A DNA stretch of 63,378 nt, the filler included, from Stramenopiles sp. TOSAG23-3 (lineage: Eukaryota), in NCBI GenBank assembly GCA_900128585.1. It is 10 parts of 10 records of this genome, joined end to end, with 100 filler letters (N's around TTAATTAATTAA, not from the genome) between each part and the next. Parts side by side here need not be neighbours in the genome. Positions count along the whole stretch, not along the records: positions 37,974 to 47,344 come from LT642926.1; positions 47,445 to 56,795 come from LT642927.1; 8 more parts are not named here. One strand, written 5' to 3'. The notes beneath the pieces are model-generated. The model saw nothing but the letters and a program-made list of their open reading frames with translations, had not been told where the DNA came from and did not search any database. Both the position numbers and the translations under genes were made by a program. Each line of letters opens with the position of its first letter. Within the stretch, counting starts at the first letter, position 1. Below are positions 43,704 to 54,273 of this stretch, in pieces.

Positions 43704-45557
43704 TTAAACTTTCACCGACTGGACGGCGTGGCGTACGACTGCCTTCAACAGCCCTTTCGTCACCTTCACCTCTCCCGCTTCGTACCCGTGCTGCATGCCT
43801 TTCGCAGCGATCGGGACCGTCCACAACTCTATGCCCAAGGACGCTGCCAAGTGAAAATAATCACGAAACGCTGCCTCCTGCGGCGTTATTTCGATGGCCT
43901 TTGCCCCTTCTCGGACGAAAATGAGATTGCTCAGCCCAGCGCCGTGCACGCCGCAGACGACGTGGCTGTCCGCAAAGGTGCGAATGGTCTCGACCATGTT
44001 CCGACAGCCGTCCTCGACCGTGAGCCTCCATTGGTCGGAGAGTTCGTTGGCGATAATGTCAACCACCTCGTCGTGGTCCGACAGAATTCTCTTCCTCTTC
44101 TCAACGGTAGACACATGGTACTGGCCACATCTTCCATGCAAAAATCTAGATATAAAGACGAGGGAGTAGCGCGCCCCTTCTTCTTCCCTGCGCTCCCGCA
44201 TGAAGGGAAGGGAGTGCATGTATGTGCGTGCCTCCACGATCCCGTAGCGGGTGCTGGCCGTTTCCATGTTGATCTCGTGAGCACTGTCTTCCCCGTACCA
44301 CTCTACCGTCCACAACTCTTTTACATGGACAATTTGTTCGGTTTCCAAGTACAAAATCGGAAAGGGAGCCCCGGCCTGCTGAAACCCCGGAAGCACTAGC
44401 TCCAACAGCTCTCGAACGTACGCAGGGCCTTTCTGGACTATAAGGTACGGGACCCGCGGCTGGTTCGTTTCTCTCCAATGCCTGAGCATCAAAATCAGCC
44501 GAGGGACGGCTTCTACCAAAAAGTGATAGTAATTATCGTTCCACCTAGACAATGGACTCATGGCAAATTCGACAGTTACGATGCCCGACCCTGCTGCTAT
44601 GCTGGAAGGCTTCGGAAGAGAATAATGCAATCGGTCAAAAATGAAACCGGTCGGCGGCAACATATCTGCCTGTCGTAGGAACACAGAACACCCATCGTGA
44701 ATCGTCCCGACCGCGTTGCCGTCTATGTACACACCCTTGAACTGGGCAAGAATAACCGTGCGATCAAAGTACACGATCCCCCGCTCCTCGCCGACCACGG
44801 GCGAAAACCTCATCATTCTACTCAATCGATCTCCCATATGCTTTGTACCCCGACCGTACCGTTCTCCGCCCCGATGCAAAGCCTTTACCACGGCTGCGGC
44901 AGGGGCGCGGTGCCAATCTTTTGGGAAAAAAAACTTCAATTTACAGGCTTGCAAACTGAATCCCATGTCTAGCTGCATCCGCTTGTACTTATTAATCTGG
45001 TCAAAGACAACATGCAAGGCTTGCTGAAAGTACACCCTGTAGTCAATACTCGATACACCAAATTCCGATGCAATCTCCGCGGCACGGTCTTTGCTCGCAA
45101 TCGATCGAAGCACAAGACCAAGGTTGGCCATTGTTTGCTCGTACTGTATAACTCCAGAGGTTGAGAGCGTTCTTTCTACGGAACAGATGACTGCCGCGTG
45201 GAAGAAAAACCGCAATGACTCCTCTAATTTCCCTTGCTTCATTTTAATTACACCCATGCCGCTGAATGCATTTATGTGCGGCGAGGCCCGCTGAAGGGCT
45301 TTTTGAAACAAAGGCACCGCCTCATCGATCCGGTTCAAATCAACAAAAGTTGTCCCCAGATTACAAAGAGCCTCTGTGTGATTCTCCTCCACACTCAGAA
45401 CGTTACGATAGACCTTTGTCGCTTCGATCAAACTCCCATTTTTATACAACTGGTTGCCGTAGTCAAACATGGAAGCCAAGTCCACCGCAACACCAAAAAA
45501 AGCATGGAGAAGAAAAGCCACCAGCAGGCACTCTCCACGCAAGGAAGGCAAACCCAT
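43704..45557 (-). CDS. Signal peptide + TPR repeats + GT61 (DUF563) glycosyltransferase
   Basis: A hydrophobic N-terminus is followed by TPRs (EALCNLG, AVPLFQKAL), then NYYHFLVEAVPRL and VVCGVHGAGLSNLIF...AIEI. Confidence 0.85.
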   Translation of the reverse strand: MGLPSLRGECLLVAFLLHAFFGVAVDLASMFDYGNQLYKNGSLIEATKVYRNVLSVEENHTEALCNLGTTFVDLNRIDEAVPLFQKALQRASPHINAFSGMGVIKMKQGKLEESLRFFFHAAVICSVERTLSTSGVIQYEQTMANLGLVLRSIASKDRAAEIASEFGVSSIDYRVYFQQALHVVFDQINKYKRMQLDMGFSLQACKLKFFFPKDWHRAPAAAVVKALHRGGERYGRGTKHMGDRLSRMMRFSPVVGEERGIVYFDRTVILAQFKGVYIDGNAVGTIHDGCSVFLRQADMLPPTGFIFDRLHYSLPKPSSIAAGSGIVTVEFAMSPLSRWNDNYYHFLVEAVPRLILMLRHWRETNQPRVPYLIVQKGPAYVRELLELVLPGFQQAGAPFPILYLETEQIVHVKELWTVEWYGEDSAHEINMETASTRYGIVEARTYMHSLPFMRERREEEGARYSLVFISRFLHGRCGQYHVSTVEKRKRILSDHDEVVDIIANELSDQWRLTVEDGCRNMVETIRTFADSHVVCGVHGAGLSNLIFVREGAKAIEITPQEAAFRDYFHLAASLGIELWTVPIAAKGMQHGYEAGEVKVTKGLLKAVVRHAVQSVKV

Positions 45558-46115
45558 TACAGTACTTGCAGCATGGCAGTCACTTGCGCCTGAGAGACAT
45601 TACACCATCAATATTGAGGGTGGTTATTACAGCTGCTCTTTTTATTACATTGTTTTGATGTCATGGTGCTACAAAAAAAGACGAATACGCCTTCGTCGGC
45701 AACGGGGTCGCTCAAGTTTGCATTTACTGTTTTTAATCCTCACAACCAGATGTCATGCTTCAAAAAAATTGTTGATGACAATAATAGTCAATATAAATAA
45801 TAATAAAAAATTATAATAATAATAAAATAAAAAAATAATACGACGACGACGAGAGGGGAGGAGGGGGGGAGGTGTGATGATCTCTATTATTATTTATTGT
45901 GTGTTTAAAAATAATAATATTGATTCCTCCAGGAGTAGTTACGTTGTTAGTACTAATAATACACATTTTTGGAATGCTAGATTGATATAGTACTGTCACA
46001 AATAAAGCCCCTGGCACAATAATTTCTGAATACATTTTATACCCAACAAGACTCACTACCAACCTATCCAGCCGTTACTTTGTACCTAATAAGACAAGAA
46101 CGACAGGGAATGTCG

Positions 46116-46883
46116 TTAATCCATTATTGTCATGGTCATAAATGCTGCCAAGGCTTTCCACCGACCTCTGCGCTCCATTGGCAGTGCTATCAGTGCAGCG
46201 ATTGTAACAAACAGGGCCGTTAAGTTTTTCGTTAACCCGTCCTTTGTAATCTTGTACTTGCTTGCCATCCCTAATGACATCCAAAACCAAAAGCCAAACG
46301 AAAACAGGAGACCACACGTCCGTAACTGACCAATGGCAAAGTTCATCACGCCCCTGGGGAACAAGGTCCGCAGAAATCCTAAGCCCTTGTGGCGGTTCAG
46401 CAAGTACGCATAGAACCGCCATCCGATGGAATACGCCCAGTACGCAGACAGCGTCCCGTTTTGTATGTTCCGATAAAATGACCACGACCCAGAATCTAGG
46501 GCTTTCTGCAGAAACGATGTATGCCCAGAATCTTTAAGAAATTTTGTACAATCAGCCCATGGCACGGGCTTGGATTGACCCCGAATGCGGAGGACCGCAG
46601 CATCGTCTCCCGCCAAGTTGGCGACGTATAAACGAGTTCCGTGAGGCTCGTGAAAGTCGTGTAGAATTTTCAACACTGAAACAAACGTTGAGCAGCCGAA
46701 AAGTGCAGCACTCTGCAAAGGCTTCATGTCGCCCAGAGCTTGGTGAACGTATCCTACAAACGCAAGCTTCTTGCCCCAACCACCCCAACGGCCCAACGAA
46801 CGCTCAACATAATAGGCCCACGTATTCGGGCGTTGTTTCTTCTCTACTTCCTTCGAGCTAGAACTTGGCTTCGTGCTGGCCAT
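46116..46883 (-). CDS. Membrane protein, possibly TMEM135-like
   Basis: Several hydrophobic segments are present. The C-terminal ALPMERRGRWKALAAF resembles the TMEM135 ExxxRRxELA motif. Confidence 0.5.
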   Translation of the reverse strand: MASTKPSSSSKEVEKKQRPNTWAYYVERSLGRWGGWGKKLAFVGYVHQALGDMKPLQSAALFGCSTFVSVLKILHDFHEPHGTRLYVANLAGDDAAVLRIRGQSKPVPWADCTKFLKDSGHTSFLQKALDSGSWSFYRNIQNGTLSAYWAYSIGWRFYAYLLNRHKGLGFLRTLFPRGVMNFAIGQLRTCGLLFSFGFWFWMSLGMASKYKITKDGLTKNLTALFVTIAALIALPMERRGRWKALAAFMTMTIMD

Positions 46884-47590
46884 TTTGTTGAATTGTTCTG
46901 CGTCTCACTGCTAACAGCCAGGAAATACCCAACAAAATCGTGGAAATCTACACTGTTTTCTTTTAATCTTGAACATATCTTTTAATTCAAACAATTCGAA
47001 GGTATACTGGACAATTATTATATTCATTCAACGAAAGAGACACAAAAAAAAATCACATCATCATCATTCATTCATCATCCTTTTTTTTTTATTATTATTA
47101 TAATAATATTATTTTTAAAAAAGTTTTATTTATAATAAAATATAAATAAAATAATAATAATTTAAATCCAATATTGTTGTTTTAGAAGAGAATACCAAAT
47201 AGTATAATATTGCCCAATAGCTCTTTTCTTCTTCTTTTACTACAAACGACGTATAACTCTAACACATAAATGAGATAATAATTTATCTATGAACGTCGCA
47301 AGATAATGCTGTGTTTATGTTATAATAATAAAAACGAAAAAAAANNNNNNNNNNNNNNNNNNNNNNNNNNNNNNNNNNNNNNNNNNNNTTAATTAATTAA
47401 NNNNNNNNNNNNNNNNNNNNNNNNNNNNNNNNNNNNNNNNNNNNGTTTTTTTCAAGTCGTATACATAAACCTGCGTAAATGTATTTTCTGAAGATCCAAG
47501 TCTACTAAGAGTATCATGGATTTAAAATCAATATGATATTTTTTACATATTTGTTTAAAAAATCTTGTTCGCACGAAAATTTTTCTAAAA

Positions 47591-49378
47591 TCAAAACGCA
47601 TATTTACTTTTCAACATGTCGTTTATTTTGACACCTCTTCTGGCGTATTTATTATTGCATACCTGACAGCACCAGGCAAACACGTCATCCCCAAATAAGT
47701 CGAGCATTTTTATCTTTTTATTTTTCATGCCGCACCTGGAGCACTTCCAGTCTGCTGCCGGCGGTTTGTACTCACGGTGGGTGCATTGCTCCTTCAAATG
47801 ATAATCCAAGTCTTCAAATCTCATGGTATCACGGCAACCGTTTGAGCACTCCACAAATCGCAGAGGACAATCTCCCCTTTCATGAAGCTTTCTTCGTACC
47901 TCTGACACTTGGAACCCGCACCCAAGGCTGCATAAAACCTGCCTTTGCTTGCACTCCCACGTCTCATGGTATTCACGGTCTTCCTCTCTCATCGTTTTGT
48001 AGCAGCCCATGCTGCATGTAACGAAGCGTTTCTTGCAACGGTACTTCTTGTGGCTCTCCATGTTACAGAGCAGAATTATTTCGCCACAGTCATTACCACA
48101 GGGCACTTGCTTCCGTTGGCAATCGTGCCTCCAGTGATCGTCCATGGTGTTGAGCCGAACCAATTCTCCACAACCATGAATTCGAACTAGTTTTACTTGT
48201 TCCTTCATTTTACTGGGGGTTTTCCTCGCCGCGTTTTCTTCTTTCTTCAACTTCATCCCGTAGTCTTCCTGTTTCGAAACGTTTCGGGACAGACTCCGTT
48301 CACGCAAAAATATATCTTCACCATCTTCTGGATTCAAATCATCATCTTTTAAGACGGTGTTTTCAGGCACAAAAATATGGTCACATTTCACCAAACGGTA
48401 CTCGCATTCACGTTTTTCATGCTGATCTCTTTGACTAAAGGGAAAACGAATTATGCAATGCGATGAGCGACAGTCCACAACCCGCATTTGGCACTCAGAT
48501 TTACGATGCTCTCTGTAATGGCGCTCTTGAATTGTTTCTCCACACTCACAATTGATGATGCGGTAAGGGCACTCGTCCTCTTCATGCTCTTGCTGGCGTT
48601 TTGCTCTGCACCAGGTTAGCGCACCATCACGATGTTGCAAAAGCGATCGAAAACGCTATGCAAGGGGTGCTGTTGACGGCACGTAGGGAAGGGCAGGAAC
48701 GCGAGCGGGTGGCGAGACTGCATCGGATACTTTTGGAGAACAGGGACCGCAGGGAGCTAATGGAGCTGGCGCTAATGAACAAAGACGTGAATGCCCTTCG
48801 AGGCGTTTGCAGCCCACTGCCATCGGCGCATATAAAAGCTGGGTACGACGACCACGTCATGAACGTGCAAGACATGAAACCCTTCATCGCTTCGTATTAC
48901 AAGAACTGTGACACCCAAAAGCATGGGAACCAAAAGACTGACGGGGACGATGTACAGGTGAACGATTTAGACGTCCCTTTGATTGGGGAAGCGAGTAGAA
49001 TGGCCTTCGATGCCGCGCTTCTAGAGCTGAAAGAGGACGCTCCAGACCCTGTTCCCCGCAACGTTTCCTACTGGCCCAATCTAATGCCGTTTTCCCCTTC
49101 CCGTCCTTGACAAATACTAAATCTCTCAAAATCCGTTCCCCGCGGGCAACATCTAACAACAATCGGGTACACTTCAGGTGGCCATTCCCAGCTGCCCGCA
49201 TCAAAGCCGTGCGACCGTACTTGTTTCTTGCAAGCTGGTCAGCACGCTCTAAAAGAAGGTCTTGCAGAAGATCGTAATCACCATCTGCACAGGCTTTCAT
49301 CAATGCCGTATCCCCATTTTTCCCCAGCACCTCGTCAACGTCGCCAGACGAAATTAATTCTAGATCCTCGATTTTCAT
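47591..49378 (-). pseudogene. Ankyrin + TRAF-type zinc-finger gene disrupted by an internal 456-bp inversion (48615-49070)
   Basis: Ankyrin repeats (GDTALMKAC, GRTALMRAA, GKTALDWA) and TRAF fingers (H...CxxRxxxC) are on the minus strand. The middle part reads on the plus strand, and both junctions rejoin in frame when it is flipped. Confidence 0.85.
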
Positions 49379-50133
49379 TCCTGTTTTGGAGGGAATAGGA
49401 ATATTCGCTTCCCGCACACAAACACGTACGCAACCACTTTCTTTTTTAATGTTTTAAACAAAACTTCACATTCTGTACTATTTATTTCCGTTGTGAAATC
49501 ATTTCCTGGTCAATCGAATCGAATTGGTACTTGGAGACTTCAGCGAAAGAAAAAAGCCGTTATTTTTTTATTATAATATATTATTATTTTATTATATTGA
49601 TCATCATCATTTTTAGTAGACAAAATTTACCTTATTATCATACTCTAGTAGAATAGAATGGTATCTACATCTTTAGAATAAATAATTGGTTTATCATGCA
49701 TTCAATTAAAAAATCATTTACATCCATTAACATTATCAATAGTATAAGGATGTTCGCATAGTTTTGTAAATGTTCCTTAAACCTATTCCAGCATCTCCTC
49801 AAATATCATAATTTTGTTTTTTTTGTCTTCATCTCTCTCTCCCAGCAGCCCAGCAGCCAGCGCACATTTAATAATCTCTATCATATCTCATATAATAATA
49901 ATAATAATAATGCATATTATTGTTATATATGAATGTCTTTTTGGTTTTGTTTGCTCTTCAATTTGTATAACCGTTTTAATATTTTAAACGTATTGCAATA
50001 AATTGATAGACAAACATGAATGAAGTAGAACTTTTTTTTCTCTCTCTCCAAGACTTCTGCCCCGCTGTCAATTTTTGGATTCTGAATTGATGCACCAAAC
50101 GATCATTATAGATAAATAGATTGACGGAGGAAG

Positions 50134-52212
50134 ATGGCCTCGTTGGGTGGGGACCAGGACGAGATTGATGACCTTGAATTCCAGAAAATGTTGGATTTAA
50201 TGAATTCCATCGAAAGGCCGCAGGAATTGAAAGAGATGACGTCGTCGGTGGTGGTACATGCCAACAAAGAGGTAAAGAAGAAGACGAAAAAGACAGTCAA
50301 CGTTCCCGTTCCAGAAAAACAGGAGTACGTGGACCCGTTGGAAGCGTGGAAAGGAAAACTACGTGTTGTGTTCATTGTGGGGGAACCGGAGTCTGACTCT
50401 GAGAATTTAGCCCGAGAAGTATCCAAAATGCTGGGGCATAACTTGATCACTGCGTCGAAAGCCATCAAAGATATGATAAACGACGAAGGGTTGAGCGAGA
50501 GCCTGAAAAAAGATCTGAGCGGGAACTTGTCCATGACCCCGCCCGACGTGTTTCGTGCCGTCAAGCACGCTCTGCGAGGGGTCCTCGATAGCCATGACGT
50601 GACAATGACGGGGGCGACGGAGCTGTGTTTCATCATTGAAGGGTTTCCTTCCACCTTAGCCCTGTCTCAGGCGTTTGAAGCGCAGATTAAAACTGCACAA
50701 CTCTTAGTCTACATAAAAACGTTTCGGGGGTTCAAAAAAATGAACTCCGCCCTTCCCGTCGTAAAAACCGATAATAAGAGGCAGGGGTGGGGTAAGAAAG
50801 GGGGAAATTCCGGGGGTGGTTTTTCTGCGGCCGCACCAAGTGTCAACCAGGCAGGGGGAAACGGGAAGGGTTGGGGCAAGAAAAAAAGGAACGGTGCAAA
50901 AATACCGGTCAATTCGTTCGAAGAAGAAGCCGCGAAAAAGCGAGTAGAAACGGAGAAACAAAGAAAATTATTTAGAGAGCTTACGGGCGAAATGCGGGAG
51001 AGGTACGAGAAAGAGGGGCGACTTGTTACGATTTGGGGGGGAAGGCGAAGAGAGGAGATGATGAAGGACCTCCTCGGGCTTTTCGACGAGGTTCCCGTAA
51101 AAGTCTTGGTGGAGACAAAGAAGAAATCGAAGAAGGTCATAATTCAGCACAAAAGTCACAAAAACGACCAGGTGGACAAACAGGGACTGGTCACGTCTGG
51201 CATTCAGGCCAACACGAGCGTCCATACGTTCTTTCGTGGAGGAGAGAGCGAGACAATCCCGATCCCGGAATCGATGACTCCCCAGAGGCTAGTGCCCCCG
51301 AAGGAGTCCCTGGAAATTGACCTTTTGAATTGGCTGAAAAGTCTTTACCTTTGGAACGGCCCGGTGGTACAGGATTTTCGTTGCTGGAGGAGAAAGTTTT
51401 CGAATGGCTACATGATGGCAGAGTTGATAGAATCGTACTTCCACCCGAATGTGATAGATTTACATACGTTTGACAAATATGCCAACTCGACAAAGAACAA
51501 AGTCGATAATTGGAATCGGATTATACTGGTGTTACGAAATTTACGGTATAGGTTCAAGAAGCTGGAGGTCAACGTCGACGTAAACCTGTTGATGAACGAA
51601 CGAAAAGGGTCTGCGGTCAGGGTGCTTCGTCGTTTTTATACGGGTTTGATGCGAAGAGGGATTACTCCGGAGACGAAATTTTTGAAGCTTCCAAAAGAGA
51701 AAGAAGAAGAGGTCTACGAGGAAGAGGTCGCCGTTGCATCGGACAAGCCCCCAGACTTTCTGAACGTGGCGTTGGGTAAGATTAAGACCGCTTTGGATTC
51801 ACGAATGAAACCTAATATTAAGGCGTTTCAAGGTCGCCCGTTGGACATGAAAGAATTCAAAGGCCTCCTGAAGCAGGAGTTGCGCGTGACACTGACTGGT
51901 CACGAGTTACGGGAGACCTTTAAATACTTTGACCAGGACAACAGCGGCGATATCGATTACGCGGAAATTATACACAAAATTTACCACAAGGAGCGCCTTC
52001 ATGTTGCCAGACCATCAGGGGCAAATCGAGATGGAGGAAATCCCAGCCCTAAGAAAAGGCAAATCATCGATAAGAAAGACAAAACAATTCGAAAAGAATG
52101 GAAGGGCTCCCTTACTAGCACCAAGTTAGACGCTGTGGAGATAAGCATTGTTTTCGAAGACGGGGACAACACGGAAGTTCTCGTTGGAAAGATGGCGGAG
52201 GAGGAACTGTAA
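50134..52212 (+). CDS. Degenerate adenylate-kinase-like domain + SPEF1/SPATA4-type CH domain + EF-hand protein
   Basis: AK-like with a broken P-loop: FIVGEPES...IIEGFP. CH domain: LLNWLKSL...FSNGYMMAEL...KVDNW. EF-hand: DQDNSGDIDYAE. Confidence 0.7.
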   Translation: MASLGGDQDEIDDLEFQKMLDLMNSIERPQELKEMTSSVVVHANKEVKKKTKKTVNVPVPEKQEYVDPLEAWKGKLRVVFIVGEPESDSENLAREVSKMLGHNLITASKAIKDMINDEGLSESLKKDLSGNLSMTPPDVFRAVKHALRGVLDSHDVTMTGATELCFIIEGFPSTLALSQAFEAQIKTAQLLVYIKTFRGFKKMNSALPVVKTDNKRQGWGKKGGNSGGGFSAAAPSVNQAGGNGKGWGKKKRNGAKIPVNSFEEEAAKKRVETEKQRKLFRELTGEMRERYEKEGRLVTIWGGRRREEMMKDLLGLFDEVPVKVLVETKKKSKKVIIQHKSHKNDQVDKQGLVTSGIQANTSVHTFFRGGESETIPIPESMTPQRLVPPKESLEIDLLNWLKSLYLWNGPVVQDFRCWRRKFSNGYMMAELIESYFHPNVIDLHTFDKYANSTKNKVDNWNRIILVLRNLRYRFKKLEVNVDVNLLMNERKGSAVRVLRRFYTGLMRRGITPETKFLKLPKEKEEEVYEEEVAVASDKPPDFLNVALGKIKTALDSRMKPNIKAFQGRPLDMKEFKGLLKQELRVTLTGHELRETFKYFDQDNSGDIDYAEIIHKIYHKERLHVARPSGANRDGGNPSPKKRQIIDKKDKTIRKEWKGSLTSTKLDAVEISIVFEDGDNTEVLVGKMAEEEL

Positions 52213-52421
52213 ACTGGAATCAAGTTAATGAAATACTCTTTGCAATTTGCAAAAGTTCGCTTTTCTTTAAATTAAATGCTTTGGCGAAAGGAATAGATTT
52301 ACATTCGCGTTACATTAGGGAGATAAATTTTAATTTAATAACACAGGGCAATTATTTTTGTTTTTATGCTCCATGCGCACTACCGAGCGCCCAAAGTTTC
52401 CCCTGGGTCCTAATTCTTAAA

Positions 52422-53120
52422 TTAGTAATCATCTGCATCGACTTCGTCCTCCTCACCACTGCCTTCTTCCTCGTCATCAAATTGTGAATCTGTCACAAGA
52501 ACCTTCTTTTTGCTCGCTCTACCCTTTAAAAACCGGCGAATAGCGAAGCTGACCGCCGATAAGAAAGTTGCCCAGAAAGTCAAAACTTGCCAACCTGCAA
52601 CGCCGTAAGTCAACGGGGCGCTTCCGGAGCACTGCCCTGCACCCAAAAACGCCACTAATCCTATACTGTTGATAGCAACTGCTACCGCGGCTGTGAACCC
52701 ATAAAATATCTGGATTTGTTTAAACTTAGTGCACCGCAATTCGCATTCGCACAGCGCCCACGGACCGATGCAATCTCCCCCAATAAACATACACGCGAAG
52801 CCAAACATGAAAAAATATGCCAGCCCTTGCGAGAGCGACAAGTAAAGTCGCAACTGTGTTCCTTGGCAGTTTGCGCCGACGTTGGTGGTCACACCGCACA
52901 AGCATATTGTAATCACGGAGAGCAAAGCGGGGACCAACGGCCCAAGGTATAGAATTGGAACTTCGGTGCGCATCTTTCTTTTGTGCTTTTCCAGCCTGCC
53001 TTGCTTAATTTGCTGTATACGCTCTTGTTTGCTTTGCCGCTTCTCACGTGCCGCCGCACGCTCATCGTTCAGCCGCTGGTGAAGGTCGACTTCTGCTTTC
53101 CTCCCTTCTCTCGTCTGCAT
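52422..53120 (-). CDS. Four-TM hypothetical membrane protein
   Basis: A charged N-terminus is followed by four hydrophobic helices with loop cysteines and an acidic tail. The first ATG is at 53120. Confidence 0.7.
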   Translation of the reverse strand: MQTREGRKAEVDLHQRLNDERAAAREKRQSKQERIQQIKQGRLEKHKRKMRTEVPILYLGPLVPALLSVITICLCGVTTNVGANCQGTQLRLYLSLSQGLAYFFMFGFACMFIGGDCIGPWALCECELRCTKFKQIQIFYGFTAAVAVAINSIGLVAFLGAGQCSGSAPLTYGVAGWQVLTFWATFLSAVSFAIRRFLKGRASKKKVLVTDSQFDDEEEGSGEEDEVDADDY

Positions 53121-54273
53121 GGTTCTGTTTTTTTTTTGCACTAAAAGCCTTGGCTATTCGGCGTACAATTATTAATGTAATGTATGTTCAAATGAAGCCG
53201 TTCTTCTCTAAAACACCGCGAAATAAGTCACCATGTACTGTTTGGAAGCGTGTCGAACCCCTTTCAGTTTGGTTATTATTATTGATACGTAATAATGGAT
53301 AGAGCCATAATATTATTATATATTACTTGGTTTAATAACTGCCGTTCTCAATGATCGATAATAGTTTAAATTATACACAACAGCTCTTTTCCTTACAGGT
53401 AAATAGAAGGCATCTATCATCATGCCCTTGCTAATAAGTACGAGTAGTACCGCCACGATACTACTCGTATATATATTAAAGAACTCAAGCTGAAGCACCA
53501 CCATTGCTCCCAGACTAATAGAACGATTATAATAAACTAATGATGCACGGATTCTTCTTCTTTTTATTATCTAAAATTATTATCTTGACTCTTCGTATGC
53601 GGAACGGAACGGGACGGGAGAAGAAAACCAATTCAATCTGAACTCGGGATGAAATAATAAATATTAATTAATTACAACAACAGCAACAAGAAGAGGATTT
53701 CAGATTATTAATTAATTGAATTGGATTTCATTTTTTTTTTTCAACTGGTACTACAGTACAATAGTCGTCTATTATTAATAATTTAATTGTTTTCGAATTC
53801 AATTGAAAAGGGTGAACGAATGAATGAAGAAAGAAGGGGAAGCAAATAGTAAAGTAAAACAAATCTCAACAAAATAACCGCACGAAGAAGATGTTACAAC
53901 ATTAAATAGTGAGTGCTATGTTACTTTTAGCAGTTATTATTATTGAGTTATGTTACCCACAAACATACAAACAGAAAACTCCCATGTTACGTTATTATAT
54001 TAGCTTGATGATTCAAGATAATGTGATTTTGAAATTGAAGAATTTTAAGTAATTATATACAAAAATAATAAATAGTTTAAACTAATATTAATACTGGTCA
54101 AACTAGTTTATTGCAGATGTTATTATAAATGTATTTATTACATCTCCTTAATACTAAAGTTCATTAAAAAAACCTCGTAAATAAAAATTTTACACAAATA
54201 AAAAAATATGGGGTCGTTTCGTTACTTTTTCTTCTTTTGCATAAAATCATATTTTTACAGGATCATTCGAGGC

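Larger units (their letters stand above)
37974..47344. repeat. Perfect 79-bp inverted repeat at both ends of contig 5 (37974-38052 / 47266-47344)
   Basis: The first 79 nt are the exact reverse complement of the last 79 nt, and identity stops sharply inside. Confidence 0.95.

Noticed and set aside
53300-53413. Minus-strand ATGCCTT-N10-GTAAGGAAAA resembling the U12 snRNA 5' end
   Set aside because: No Sm site or convincing downstream U12 stem-loops follow, so it is probably a chance match.
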